This document shows positions 1-13,410 of a stretch of 64,000 bases of DNA, piece by piece; position 1 is the first letter of the stretch, and the number at the start of each line of letters is the position of its first letter. Source of the DNA: Paraspadella gotoi (lineage: Eukaryota; Animalia; Chaetognatha); assembly GCA_051294375.1 (NCBI GenBank), contig CM119269.1, forward strand, positions 11,266,883 through 11,330,882, in the 5' to 3' direction. A model generated the notes under the pieces. It was not told the DNA's origin. It did no database searches and worked only from the letters and a program-made list of their open reading frames with translations. A program made the translations under genes and the position numbers.

Positions 1-739
1 AGCGAGATTCTCGTCTACATAAAAGAAAAATTATTTTTTTGAATAAAAGTTCTCTTTTGAAAGTAAATAAGGAGAAAAAAATTGTATCGAGAGAACCGTT
101 TGAGCATAATTCGATTCATTGCCGGTCTTAGTATATATGTCAACATATTTTTTTAATTACTCTCTTAAGATGGTGTGGGTGTTTTTATGAAATCATAACG
201 TTTGAAGCTTGATCTTATGTCCATTTCAAAAAGCTAATTTTTTTTTAAGCTAATGAGAAATCACAGAAAAAATTTATTTTTGTTATTCTATGCAAAATTA
301 TTTTTTTTATATTGATAAGAACAAAATGTAGATCAATGATACGATGACTGATAAACAGATTTTTTATTATAAGAAATGAGATTTTAAAATTAGATTAAAG
401 AAGAAATAGGTATTACTTCGGAAAAGGTAACGTAATAATAGAATTTATATATGAGGTTCTTGAATACAGAATGGTGATTAAAGAAACAAGAAAAAACAAA
501 TACAAAATAAAAAATAAAAAAAATTGCTAACTGTGAGATAAACTTTTCGAGAATCTTGTCTTCTTTCTCTTCCCAAATAAAAGTAAATTCACTCATTACA
601 ATGGACGAAATTCGATTTTTATTTAATGTTTTATAACGAGTTGAAAATGGTTCAATAAATTGAACATTAAATTTGCTCGGTGATTTTCCACTTTTTTGTG
701 GTTTGACAGCGCATATCTTTAGATTTTTACATTATTCTA

Positions 740-2970
740 GTTTACCTAATGCAAAACCAAATCTGGTATATTTAGCGTAAGCAATGCCTGCCAAATGGTA
801 TCATATCTTTTTTTTACATCCATGGCAGCAAAAGTGAAGAACTATTCCACCTCCTTGCCTGTTGTGAGCATCCCTTCACAAACCCACTTATTACAATACA
901 TGTTTTTGCAATAACAACCCTAAAAAAAATAAAATTACCTTAATCATTCATCTTCAGATTACAAATACAAATTGAGGTAAGATTAATTGTAAAAACAACT
1001 AGAACTAAATTCGATTTCAACCTGATTTATCCGCTCAATGATTGATGTAACGCTTCCAGCATTTCTGATGAAAATTTGATTTCCATCTTATGGATCTAAT
1101 GCCCCTCTTTTTTTATCATTAAACTCTTCGAGTTCTTCTTCAGATAAAACTTCTGAATCGCTGGTGGTTCCAACAAAATCCGGATCACTTGACATAGAAA
1201 AAAACCTTACTTTATACTAAGAAAAAATACTGAAATCATATAATAAATATCACTTGCTCGGCTATCGCTTCTATTTTCGTTTTCCAAATCATCTAAGTCC
1301 TGATTATCTTGATCATTATCTTTAAACATTGAAAAAATTTGGGTTTTGCGCGACACAGACAGGCTAGTTACAGAACTTTAGTTCTAACTATAGTCAAAGC
1401 TCGATCATATGCCATATACCGATATATATTTTGTTGTCACAACGAATCAGATTAAATAAAAATAAAATGTTATTTACCTTTGGATCTATGGATGTAACGC
1501 CCTCTTTTTGTCGGAATTTTTCTTGGGCGTCCTACTTTTTTATATTGATCTTTCTTTGAATCAACAAGCGTCTTTTTTTTGCGGTTCTTCCTCACTGAGA
1601 TCATTTTCACTTGCCTTCTCTGCTACATGATTTTGTTTCGAGTCTTAAGAAAAATATTTAAGTGGATATACTTAGTTTGTCCTTATCAAAGTTCAACTGA
1701 ATAAGTTAAAAATAATAAGAGAATAATAAGAGCAAACATGGTCAGATTAACCCACGACAATTAAGTGCTAATTAATTAATCTAAAATAAATTAAATGTTA
1801 AACTATGAAATTGGTACAACCAATATAATATATTATAAACTATCACAGCTTCAAGAATTATTATTATCATCATCATCATTACCATTGAATCACGAGTTTT
1901 GGCGTTTAAAACTGAGGGGGGAAGGACAGACATTTAGAAAATTTGAAGTTCTAACACGTTTTGAGTAACAAAATAATAGGGGTGGACCGACGGACCGACA
2001 AAGTGGATTATAGAGTCGGAATCTGCTGATAAGCAGATCCGACTAAAAATCATTATCAAAATTAAAAACCTGCGAGTGCTTTGAGTAGTCGATTTTTCCA
2101 AGTTCTGAGGGCTGCAGCCCGTTCATAATTGCACTTATGTTTTTGAATCATTTCTTGAAAACTCATATTTCCTTTAACGCGTTCCACTGGGCTTATATGT
2201 CTTCGGACAAAACTAAAAAAATTTTTTTTCAAATATCAACTATGCTAAATCATACACTAATTGACAATTTAACTCAACAAATAAAAGAATATATTAAACC
2301 GTTATTAAAAAATTAAATGATTTTTACATTCATTGAAATTTTTATGCAATTAGTTTTTTGAAAAGAATTCTTACCTCTGACATGTGTCCATTCTGTACCA
2401 GACAGGTCCTGGGTTGCTATGGTAAAGATTTAAAAAAATTATGAAGCTCAGGGACCAGCAATTTTAACTAATGTGTACTGTATAGTAAATGCAAAATTTA
2501 TTTTAAGATCACAAATATTACACTTGCACTTGTATAATTGACTACAAAAAGCCTAACAATTAGCTTATTATATTTTTATGCAGAATAATTTATTACCGCT
2601 GATTGGTTGATTCCAACCAATCACTTGACGACGATTCTATCAAGCGAGAAAGAGAGTTTTTGCCTCTTGTATCTTTTTGCTTTCACGATCTTGTTAGTCC
2701 TGCGATGGCAGAACATAAGTAAAAGCATACGCTTCACACTTGAATAATTAAAATCTCGAATCATGAAGCGACGAATCCATTCAATGCGCCTTCTATCCAA
2801 GCACTTTGGAATTTTACAATAAAGCTGATCGTGAGCGCCTTCAAAAAGACATATTTCGCAAAATCCCCTATGCTTGATTGACTCCCGTTGTTCTGAGCCG
2901 CCGACATGAATTGTAAAATCCTCGCCAATAATGTATCATAATCAAGTAATGTTTTCTTCCTTGACCCCAT
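740..2970 (-). pseudogene. Decayed multi-exon gene fragment (AT-hook GRPRK, acidic tracts, CxCxxxxC motif), possibly transposon-derived
   Basis: Exon-like blocks, most with AG/GT boundaries: ~2597-2970 (MGSRKKTLLDY..., one frameshift), ~1478-1643 (..SEEEPQKK/TLVDSKKDQYKKVGRPRKIPTKRGRY.., +1 in an A run), ~1255-1319 (DNDQDNQDLDDLENEN), ~1022-1188 (DPDFVGTTSDSEVLSEEELEEF, in-frame stop), ~745-919 (GCYCKNMYCNKWVC, stops). Product not recognised. Confidence 0.3.
1725..2049 (-). mobile_element. Short Helentron-associated (DINE-1/HINE-like) element
   Basis: The right end (GGACCGACGGACCGACAAAGTG..TATAGAGTCGGAATCTGCTGATAAGCAGATCCGACTAAAAAT, with a 13-bp hairpin) is nearly identical to 20925-20990. 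The left end GAGCAAACATGGTCAGATTAACCCACGACAATTA is homologous to 17986-18019. Confidence 0.6.
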
Positions 2971-3319
2971 CTCGTCATAATCGAAAATTAAAAAGCAAGC
3001 GTGTGAGATAAAATTAAGTGGAAAAAATCTCGGAGAAATAACAAATTAGCATAAATGGAAAGCAAAGGCGTACACAAAGATTTTCTATTTTTATCGAGCC
3101 TTGACCGGCGAAGCCGGGTCCGCTCTAATAATGTTTTAGGGTTTGCTTCTTTGTGACGTAGTCGTCGTCGTCGTCGTCGTCGTCGTCCGTCACGCTCTGT
3201 TTTCAATATAATAAAAACTACTACGCTTTTATAGGTTTGGCTGTGACTTACCGTTTTTTTAAAATAAAAATTATTATGAATTATGATAAAGTTTTACAAA
3301 AGTGTGCGATCATAGTAAG

Positions 3320-3614
3320 TTAAAAATTTAGATATGGCTTTTCATCTTGAAATAGCTGTGATATTTTCATATTACATTGGATTTAAGTATTTTTTGTTTG
3401 AATTTCCACTTCATTATGATTACTGCAATATGCAAATGAGATTAAAGTACTCCCTTATAATATCCAAATTAGTATATAGAAATGCTTTAATCTAATTTAC
3501 ATATTGCAGTATATAATATTGAAGATGAAATTCAAAAAAATTTGTTTTAAATTTTTTAATAAAAATGGGAACTCAAAGGATTTTTTTTAATGAGAAGCTA
3601 TATCTTAATTTTAA
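3320..3614. mobile_element. Degenerate foldback/MITE-like palindrome
   Basis: Imperfect inverted arms centred near 3465 (TTTGAATTTC..TACTGCAATATGCAAATGAGATTAAAG vs CTTTAATCTAATTTACATATTGCAGTA..GAAATTCAAA), plus outer arms. Confidence 0.5.
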
Positions 3615-3939
3615 TACAAATATAAATTAAATCTTTTACAAGCTGCGATTGGAAAAAATTGGAAAAATTTCCAATTGTAAACAATTGTAACATATTTTGC
3701 CTTTCTTTTATTTCTTTAAATTATATATAGATTTTCTTTCCTATATTTGTCAGTTGCTGCTTTTCTTGAACCTTAAAAAAACGAGTTCAGGTTCTGCAGT
3801 GACTGTTTAGGCTGGCTTCCAGCTTTCTCTTTCTTTCGTCTCTTTGTTCTCTTTTTCTCTTTCTGTGCTTCTCTTCTCTCTCTTTTCTGTCTTTCTGTCT
3901 CTCTCACTCTGTACGATCGTTTTCGTTTTTTGAAAAATT

Positions 3940-4518
3940 CTGATTATTTTTTTCTCTTCTCAAAACTTTTATTATCGCAATTATTCCGCGCTTTTTTTTC
4001 AATAAAATCCCAAATTTATATCTGAGATATAATTGGAAAGAAATTCGGTTTTTCTTTTCTTTCTCCTCTCTCTCTCTCCTCTCTCTCTCTCTCTTTATTT
4101 TTTTTAAAAAATGAAGAATAACTTATAATGATATGCATTATCACATAATAAATCAGCTAATGTGACCTATTATATATGCAGCACTTTCGCCGAATAATAT
4201 AATTGCATGCATCACATTAATAAAAAAAAATTTTGTTTTTATTTATTATTGCAACTTTGGACCGGTTGGCCCACTATTTGGCAAATTATATCTAAAATAG
4301 GAGTTGATAAGAGAGATATAGTCAAATTAAACATTACTTTTTTGTTATTCTGATAATTTGTACTATTATTAAATTTATAAATATTTTTAGTGTATATATT
4401 TAATCATTTTAACTTTTTTTATATATATATTTGAGTTGTGATAACTATTTATATTAATTAAATTGCAATATTAAATATTGACCAATGACGGTCTGGTTTC
4501 TTCCTAAAAAAGAACAAT

Positions 4519-4560
<42 letters not shown>

Positions 4561-5250
4561 CTCCTCTCTCCTCTCTCTTCTTCTTTTTTTTTCCTTAAAC
4601 TTTTAATTATCGCCATTTATTCCGAGATTTTAGTGGATTTTTTCCCCTTCTAAAAACTTTTATTATCGCCATTTATTATTTTATCTCAATACAAAATCCA
4701 AAATACAATAACTTACTTAACCTAGATTTCGTGGTCGTTGCGGAGCAACAAGTAAACAATGTCGAGGAACATGACCTAATAACGCGTTACGTGTATAAAA
4801 AAAAATCAACATAGACCCAATTTCACGACGCCGTTGCGAGGCAACGGATAACGATATAAACGAGAGTGACCTAATAATGCGTCTCGTTGGTGGGAAAACT
4901 CTCTCTCTCTCTTCTTTTCTCACTCTTCCCCTCCCTTCTTCTCTCTCTCTTCTCTCTCTCCTCTCTCTCCCTCTCTCTCTCTCTTCTCTCTCTTCTCTTT
5001 TTTTTCCTTCTAAAAACTTTTATTATCGCCATTTATTCGCGCTTTTTTTCTCAATACAAAATCACAAATTTACATCGCGAGATTTTCGTGGATTTTTTTT
5101 CTAAAAATTCTGATTATTCTTTATATAAACGAGAGAGACCTTAATAATGCGTTCGTGTGGCGGGAAAACTGTCCAGCCTCCTCTCTCTCTCATCTCTCTT
5201 CTCTCTTCTTCGTCTCATCTCTCTCTATCTCTCTCTCTCTCTTCTCTCTC
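3940..5250. repeat. Diverged local repeat cluster interspersed with (CT)n
   Basis: A block AAAACTTTTATTATCGCCATTTATT recurs near 3962, 4597, 4652 and 5012. ATAAACGAGAG.GACCT.AATAATGCGT recurs near 4856 and 5125. Confidence 0.6.
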
Positions 5251-5310
5251 CTCTCTTTCACTCATAACACGCATTTGTTTGTTTTATTTACGATGAATGA
5301 TTCAGGCGCG

Positions 5311-5535
5311 TCAATGAATCACTATCATCGCATCAATGAATGACTATCTATCGTATCAATGAATGATTATCAATCATAATCAATGAATGACTATCATCGC
5401 ATCAAATCATTGAATTATCATCACATCAGTCATTTGTTATCATCGCATATTATTGTTATCATCGCGGTCAATATTTGGTTATCATCGCAGTCAATATTTG
5501 GTTATCTAATCGGCATCAATATTTGGTTACTATCG
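5311..5535. repeat. ~22-bp degenerate minisatellite (ATCAATGAATGACTATCATCGC drifting to GTCAATATTTGGTTATCATCGC)
   Basis: About 10 tandem diverging units are visible. Confidence 0.75.
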
Positions 5536-8181
5536 AAAGCGGCCTCGTCTTTATGCTTTTAAGATTTTTTTTTATTGGAAAGGATTTTGAGAGAAAGAGG
5601 TATTAGGATCGTTCTCCATCGTTCTAGGAACCATAATAAGCAAAGAAAAAATTGATTCGTGAATCATAGAAAATTATCATTTTTTGCAATATTCAAAGAA
5701 GAAGGGCATTCGAGTTTATAACTTGTATATATTCAATTTTCCCCGCTAACTTTGTATCTCTGTTCGTATCATAAGTAAGAGTTTGAACTTTTTCCTCCCA
5801 TTACTGTTGAAGAGACAGTAATTATTGATAAGTGTTAATGACAGATTTTAGTCCACCATACTGTACTAATAAAAGCCAACTAATATCAATTTTGAAAAAC
5901 TCGTCTGTCACAGTGCCTAACAACAATTTTATCCAGAGGCAAATACTAAACTGTCTATTTGAGGAAATTCTTATCTATTATGATATCAAAACAATTGAGA
6001 ATATAAATATTGAGAAAAAGAAACGAACATTTTTTCCCGTGATAATTTCCTTTTTGTTCGCACTACAACTAGGAGATAAAATTTTTTTTCTGATTTCCAA
6101 AGCGAACTCGAAAGAATGTCCCTCACTCTCGACCATCACGTCCGAAGAGAGGCCCAAACTTATGTTATGTTCCCTTAATCTCCAATCTAAATGAAGTTTA
6201 AAAATTGAAAAAGGGAAAATTTCCGCTCTGGGCACCGGACGAAAATCGGTCGAGTGTATTATTCGCTACATTTAAATAATAACCCTTAAGTCTCCCGTAA
6301 CACGAAGAAATGGAAACCAAAGGTAAGGTCTGGGAGTCGGGGAAATATAATGAAAGAATTTAGGCCGGGGGCGCGCAGGTAATGAGATTCTGATATGAAA
6401 GGTTTTATGCAGACAAAGGAACGAGAGAATGAGTGAGGAGGAAGGAGAGCAGGGAGAAAGAAAAAAGATAGAGAGGGAGTGGGTGATAGGAAAAAGAAAA
6501 GTGGGAGAAAAAAGTTGAATAATGTATGAAAGTCCGAAAGAAAAATTATGTGAAAACTGAAAATAAACAGAAAGAGAGTAAAAAAAAAGGAGAGAAAGAA
6601 AAAAAAATTTAAAAAACTAAAGAAAGGAACAAAATCAAAATAAAAGAAAGATACTTCAAAAAAAGGAAATCTCATGCTAAGAGTTCTCTCTCCCTCTCTG
6701 TCCTTTTCGCCTTTCCATCGGCGACAAAGAATCAATTCTCTTCATCCGTTCCTTTTTATCCCTTTTTTCCTTTTTATTCTTTTTTCCCTTTTTGTCCTTT
6801 TATTCCTTTTTTTTGTCCGGCGACATCCGTCTTTTCAGAATTCACAAGGTTAAGTCTTTAAAATCGCCGTTTGTCAAGCCGAGCGTCGCGGGTTCGAGAC
6901 CGAATTTTGGTCGGCTCTCTCTCAAGTGGACAAATGATGACTTAGTTCGCAGTTTATATATCCGGAATAGATTTTCTGGAAAAAGATAAATATAGTTTTT
7001 TAGAGAAAAAAAAACGAGTTCGTCACAGTCAGGGGGAGAGAATCGTGGACGAAGCGAAGTCAACTTCATCCGCCGCAGCCGCCGCAGCCGCCGCAGCCGC
7101 CGCAGCCGCAGCCGCCGCCGACGCCGACAACAACAACGACAACGACATTCATCTTCTGGATTTGCCGAGTCTTTTTCCTTCGTCCTCGCGAAGGCTGAGA
7201 GTGTCAGGAAAGTCTCTCCCGTCACCATCGTTGATGGCGCGAGTTCCTCCTTATCTTTCCGGATTCCCCATCCCCCTCCTCCTCCTCCTCCTCCTCCTCC
7301 TCCTCTTCGCGCCCACTTCACCTCCGCTGGACTTTTTGACGCGTCTCTTCACATCTCACTCGCCTTATGCAGTGGATAAAAGGGGAGACGCCGATGATAG
7401 CATCTCTTTCTCTTTTAAAGTATTTTTAATATTATTTTTAACTTGAGGGTTACAGTTGTAAAAGTATTTTTCATAAAGAAAAAAACATGGTGAGATGTAA
7501 GTTAATTACTTCTTTTTAATGATTAGTTATATAGTATCATCATTATGTGTAAAATACCTTTAAAGTTGCCTAGCCTAGGTTCAGTAAAGGTTAATCAAAA
7601 TAATATTAATATTATATGGCATAATGTTAACATAATTTTCCTATCATTTTCCAGGTGTACCCCGTCTGCCCGGATCTCACTGATGAACGGCAAATTTTAC
7701 TTCCTCTGGTCGTCCATGACTTTCAGTTCCCTATGAAAACTCTCCAGTTTTTCTACCCTCTTTACTTTTCTTACCCTTCACCATTCTCGTACGTCACTTA
7801 TCTTTTCATCTTTCCTCCAGTTTCCTTCCCTTTCTTTCTCCCCCCTCTCACCTTTCTCAACGATCACTTTCTTCTTCTTCTTCTTCTTCTTCTTCTTCTT
7901 CTTCTTCTTCTTCTCTCGGTCTTTTCCTCCCTCAAAACTCTTCGGTCTCAGACACAAGGCCGATCCTCACCTAAACGATTTTCCAAATTAACTTGGCGAT
8001 GATTCTTAATCAACTGCTCGACTTTCGTTCTCGCTCCTCTTTCCTCTCACATCTTTTGAGTTCCTCCCTTTTTTTTCAGCTCTCTATTCCTGTTCCCCTT
8101 TACCTTTTTCTCTCTTCTCTCATTTCTCAATTTACATTCCTTCGTTATCTTTTTTTCTTTTTCTTTTCTTTGACGTTTTAA

Positions 8182-9055
8182 GGGGACCCAGTGATAAAAA
8201 TGATATTATAAGCTTAAGGGTCTATCATCAAAAGAATTTGAATGGTGATAATCATTAATTTTTCGTTGAACGGGAAAGTGGCGAAAAATTTTTATCTTTT
8301 ATTGTAGCGGAAACAAAAATTTAATAATTATAAAAAAAAATTTAATTGATCCTACCTAAATATTTTTATAATCTATTATTTTATTTTTACATTAAAAAAT
8401 ATTTTTTACTAAATTCCAATTTTTTTATTTTTACTGCACAAAGCTACAATTTTACGTTTAAGCTTCATTGAACAAAGGCTTTATAAGACTAATATTTTTT
8501 TATTTTTATATTTACTTAAAAGCAGAAAAATAAAACCTAAATTTTATTCATACATAAAAAAATTGTAATAACTATTAATTAATATTCATATTCATCCCTT
8601 AAATGTATTATTAAACTATATTAATTCCTATTTTTAACAATTAAAAATTTAGCAAAAGTACAAAATCTTTTTTTTATTGTATATTTATATTATTTCTAAA
8701 AGTTTTATTTTTATCTAATTAACAGAATCATTTGAAGAAAGTTTAAATAAAATCAGTCGATACCTTAAATTTTGATTCATTCCGAGTTTTTTTTGTTATA
8801 AATTGTTGTAATAAAAGCTGAAAATCTTTTTAAAATTAGATCTTACCCTTTTTTGGAAAAAAAAATTTAAAACTTAAAAAAGATTTTCTTCTTACCAATT
8901 TTTTAAAGAAAATTAAGCGAGCTGATTATATCGAATTTTTAAAATACTTTCCCAAATGATTATAGAAGAACAAATTATATGGTCAGAACCAGCTTAAGGT
9001 AAAGGGTCAAACGTTATGCTTTCAGCTTTTTACCCCCCCTGGTCACTTGGTCCCC
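8182..9055. mobile_element. Non-autonomous TTAA-target DNA transposon, Kolobok-like
   Basis: TTAA|GGGGACCCAGTGA...TCACTTGGTCCCC|TTAA. A TTAA TSD with purine (GG) termini fits Kolobok rather than piggyBac. Both ends are homologous to the element at 32915-35995 in opposite orientation. Confidence 0.75.
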
Positions 9056-9719
9056 TTAAAACTCCTTTTTTTAAATTTTTTTTTCTCACCTTTTGAACGA
9101 TTTTTTATATACATTTTTGATTAAGTTATAATATCAGATAATAATTTCCGAAAAACAAATTTGGTACATTTTTCGGTTGGTCGGACGAGAAGGAGAAAGA
9201 GAGAGGGCAAGAGATGAGAGTTGAGAAGCAATCTTCGAGTTGAAATATTATAAGAAATAATGCGGTCGATGAAATTATGGTTGAAAAAAGATTATAAAAC
9301 AACTTCGACAAATGCAGACTAATGCGATTGTCTCGATGAGCTTGCGATTATTTTACTAATTTAATTTATTTTTATTTTTTAATTATTTTTTTAAAATTTA
9401 TTTTACTAATTTTTACTAATTTAAAGCTTATTAAAACAGACTAGAAAAATTGGGAACATCTCATAATCATTAACTAGGCTAACGCTCAACCGCCGACAAG
9501 TTAAATCATAAAGAATGCGTGGTTGAAAGAACGATTGTAATCTATTAACAGATGTAAGTTAGCAACAAATAAACAATTGGATAAACACTCAAGTGACTAG
9601 TGGGGTTCAATAATCGTGAGGTTTGGAAAAAAAGAAAAATTTTAAAACGCAGGATATTTTTTTTTATTTTCTGTTTATCAATTTAAAACTACTCGTAACG
9701 GCGCGAAATATGACTAATT

Positions 9720-9778
<59 letters not shown>

Positions 9779-10690
9779 CTTTATTTATTTTATGCAATAC
9801 TATATCGTCTAATAAATTCCATAACGGCGCAGAAAAATTGATTTAATGCTTAAAATCTCGTGTTTGTGATGTATGTGGAAAAAAAATGGAGTGACTGATG
9901 AAGTTTAAAAGAATAGATTTTAAAAATGGCGAGAAATGCCGTGTGGTTCGTATCAGTATTTATTTTATTTTTTTTTTTGAAAGGCAGATCCAACGGGAAT
10001 ATAAACCTTCTTCGAATAACAAATCGAAATCGAATCTTCTGTGTCGCCAGAGAATATTATATAACGGTACTTTTTTTATGATGACTATATATATTATAAA
10101 ACATAATAAATAATAAATATAAAACTGGACAACCAACAATAAAAAAGAAAATATTTTTTTAATTTTTTTTATATATTATGTTTCCTTTGAAGCAAATTAA
10201 ATTTGGCGAAAAAAAATTGTTTGATAAGGACATCAGACCGTACTCATTAGACAGAGATCAAAGCGTACTATGATAGTATTAGAAAGCCTTGATTTAAAGT
10301 AGCAAGCAACGTTCAAGAGCAAGATCATCTCAAATTTCTTTTACTTTTTTCTTTTTTTTTCTTTTCTTTTTTTCTCGGTTTTATTTGATCGTTTCCGTTA
10401 AAATTATTAAAATTATCCGATTATTCATTTTAGCTATTTTTTTTTAATATACATTTTTGTAGTTTTTTACTATAAATCATTTACTTCATTTTTCCCATTC
10501 AATATAATTTATTAATCTTTTTTTTTAAGTTATGAGGGAAGAGGGGAGGAACTAATAATTAAAATCACTGTTGAATAAAAATTTGAAATATTTTCTTTAT
10601 TTGCATAAGAGTCTCAAAAAACTTTTTTTTTTAAATTGTGGAAAATTTGCTCGTTTTTCTCCTCTGTTGTCAAAGAAAGTGATAAGAAAA

Positions 10691-10758
10691 AATGAGCGGG
10701 ACAGTCTGGATAAACAGCAAAATTAATGAGCGGGACAGTCTGGATAAACAGCAAAATT
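10691..10758. repeat. Perfect 34-bp tandem duplication
   Basis: AATGAGCGGGACAGTCTGGATAAACAGCAAAATT x2. Confidence 0.9.
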
Positions 10759-11798
10759 AACGATCATTGTTGCCTTTAAACGCGTTTCAATTCCGTACGG
10801 TCTCAGCCTCAGCCCAATTGGGAGAGAAATATTAAATTTATTATTCCACTAGATTTTTTTTCGTAAAAAATTAAATTGAAAAATAAAATTACACGTTCGT
10901 TGACCTTACGTTTTACATCTCGAGCATAGACATGGTAAAAACGCTGCCAGCTTTACAAACGTTTACACGGTGGTCACGATACTTAGTTATTCAGCCCGAA
11001 AATCATGGTACCGTCGCCGTTTGCCATTTTACGTTTGATATGTGCTAGGCGTCAATGAGTGAGTTCGCAATTTAGCGTGAATCTGTTTGATTACTATTAA
11101 GTATGACGGCGTAGCGTATCACAATTTACGGCTGAAGAGTTGACTGTATACTAGAAAGTTGAAAAAAAACCCCGATTTTACAGGTTTCTAAAATACACCC
11201 CCCGAGAGCAAGAGCGTTCATTACAAATTCTATACAATATGTTTTTTTTTGTGAGTGTGACAAGCCGAACTTGTAGATTATATTGTAATACAAAACTAAA
11301 GATATGTAGATACCAACATACTTAATTTGATCTTAAGGTGGTTTATTTGTTTGTTTGTTTGTTTTGATGATGATATTTTCAGAAATTTATATGAAATATT
11401 CTACCCAATAAACTTAACAAAATTTTGGATAGTTTTTTAAAATTTAATTAATCTAATTTCCTCGGAACAGTCACTAAAAAAAAAACATGCTGTAAATACG
11501 GAATATTTTTAATTCAGCTTTAGCAGAAACTAAAAAAAAACGCGTTGGATAATAATCCTCTCACAATAGATCTCTCAAATATTATCAAAATGATTTAACT
11601 GTAATATACTCGAAACATTTTAAATCGGCACGATAAAACTCGTTAATTGAACCGATGGCCATAACATTTAGCGAAAGCGCTCCAAGAATACACTAGTAAA
11701 AAAAAAAATTAGAAAGAGTGAATTCAAAAAGCGTGATATCGATATTGCTCTCCGACTCTCACGATGCACTTTTCTCAGCTTCCCAATCAATCAGTGAA

Positions 11799-12239
11799 TC
11801 AAAGCATGATGTCGTTATCGCAAGCAGAGTATCTCTTGTAGGCCATCTCCTCCTCCTCCTCCTCCCTCACCACCCTGTACTCGCTCTTGGCGGGAACGCG
11901 AACCTCCTTGGGGGAGCTGTGGAACGACGAGGAAGAGGACGTCGTCCTCAGGATCGAATGTTGCGGCAGTTGCTGTTGCGAGAGCTGAGGCTGGGGCTGT
12001 CGAAGCGTCGGACCAACGACTCCGCCGCCGCCGTTGACGACTCCCAGCAGAGGCAAATCTGGTTTGACGAGATTGTTGGCGCCGAAGCCGCCCCCCGTGA
12101 CGTGGTTGACGTGGTTGGCGTAAGGGTTGCCGTTGTGGCTGTAGGCGTAGCCGCTCGTGGCCACGCTAGTGCTTCCCGTGCTCTCAGTCTTCACCGATAA
12201 TTTACCGTTGAGGGACTCGACGTCGTCTTTGGGCGATTC
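11799..12239 (-). CDS. Cadherin-superfamily gene, terminal coding exon (cytoplasmic tail ESPKDD...CDNDIML*)
   Basis: Acceptor TTTTTTCTTCAAAG|, phase 0 matching the previous exon, 147 codons to TGA. Confidence 0.85.
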   Translation of the reverse strand, partial: ESPKDDVESLNGKLSVKTESTGSTSVATSGYAYSHNGNPYANHVNHVTGGGFGANNLVKPDLPLLGVVNGGGGVVGPTLRQPQPQLSQQQLPQHSILRTTSSSSSFHSSPKEVRVPAKSEYRVVREEEEEEMAYKRYSACDNDIML

Positions 12240-12913
12240 CTTTGAAGAAAAAATATAAAAAAACAATATACTATCTAGGAAAAAAGTATATCCCATAATT
12301 CATTTATTCAATAAAATGTATATAAAACACGGGTAAAATATTTTCAATATTTGGTATACCCTTGTTTGGCATTGATTACTTCTTGCATTGATCTGGGCAT
12401 ACTCTCATACAGCAAATTGAGGTATGACAGTAAAATATTTTTTCATATCTTTAACTCAATTCTCTTCAGCCCCGATCTTGATGTTACGCATCTTTCCCTC
12501 TTTTCTAAAAGCTATAATAACACTTTTTTTAACCAAAAAAAGGTGCGAGGCCTTTAGCATTACCAAATTAAAAAAAACTTTAAAAAATAATTAATTCTAT
12601 TCGAAATAAAAACAAATAACTAAATACCAAAAATGATAAAAAACTAAATATAATTTTTTTGGTCATTTTTTATTTAAAGTAACAATATTGTTTTGCCTCT
12701 AACTTCTAAACGACTTGACATACAAAAAAATAGAAGAAAGCTACTAAAAAAAAATTTAATATAGATTAAAAAAATTTTTTTTTTTTTTAAATCAAATAAT
12801 TTTATTAAAAATATTATATACTTTTTTCCTAGATAGTATGCAACAACAACATCTTTTGTTTGTGATTTTTTATTCCTTCCTTTTTGTTCCTTCCATACCT
12901 TATCCATCCTCAC

Positions 12914-13109
12914 CTGATGCAGCGAGCCCGAGCTTCCGATGAACGTCTCCTTCTCCAGCTGATCCAAAACGTCTCCGCCGTACATGTTCGGCAGAGCAAA
13001 GCCGCTGCGACCCAGTGTGGCGAAGTTGCACACCGGGTTGAGCGAAGAAGCTCGTCCGGTTGTGCCGTACACGAAGTCGTACTCGTTCTCTCGCATGGAG
13101 GACGCGCTC
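12914..13109 (-). CDS. Cadherin gene exon (cytoplasmic: SASSMRENEYDFVYG...GSSGSLHQ)
   Basis: Acceptor TTTTTCCGCGACAG|, donor |GTGAGG, phase 2 to 0. Confidence 0.85.
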
Positions 13110-13227
13110 CTGTCGCGGAAAAATTAAACAAGAAAAGTTAATAGCTATGATTTCATCTTAGATATGTTGACGTTTAATATATGGATCTTTAACCTAAAAA
13201 ACTTAAAATTACTACACACGTTGCAAC

Positions 13228-13410
13228 CTGTAAAGTTCCGGCGTTGCAGATCCTTTGTCCACGGCTCTAATGACGTCCGCCTCTTCCTTATCCGTCGAGA
13301 AACTCGGCGCCTTCTGATTGGTCGCCGTGAACTTAGTCGACGGCGAATCAGCGGCCGGTGAGGCGGGTGCGGATCCTTGGGGGGAGGATTTCCGGCCGCC
13401 GTTGCGGCGT
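13228..13410 (-). CDS. Cadherin gene exon (juxtamembrane cytoplasmic: RRRNGGRKSS...PELYR)
   Basis: Acceptor ACCCAG|. Donor AG|GTTGCA is weak but is the phase-compatible one (phase 2 to 2). Basic stop-transfer residues follow the TM. Confidence 0.8.

Noticed and set aside
5832-6235. Overlapping 120-aa and 85-aa ORFs
   Set aside because: No recognisable motif or consistent splice structure. It may be a decayed coding relic, but this cannot be supported.
6860-6905. B-box-like GGTTCGAGACC (similar hints at ~23005-23055 and ~48275-48295) as tRNA genes
   Set aside because: No cloverleaf or proper A box; at most eroded SINE heads.
7045-7446. Poly-Ala ORF resembling a transcription-factor segment
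   Set aside because: Driven by GCC/GCA and CTC triplet repeats, with no ATG start, no domain and no linked exons identified.
13010-13310. WIRS motif in the cadherin tail (FATLGR, FSTDKE)
   Set aside because: WIRS needs hydrophobic-x-T/S-F, and both candidates lack the essential Phe.
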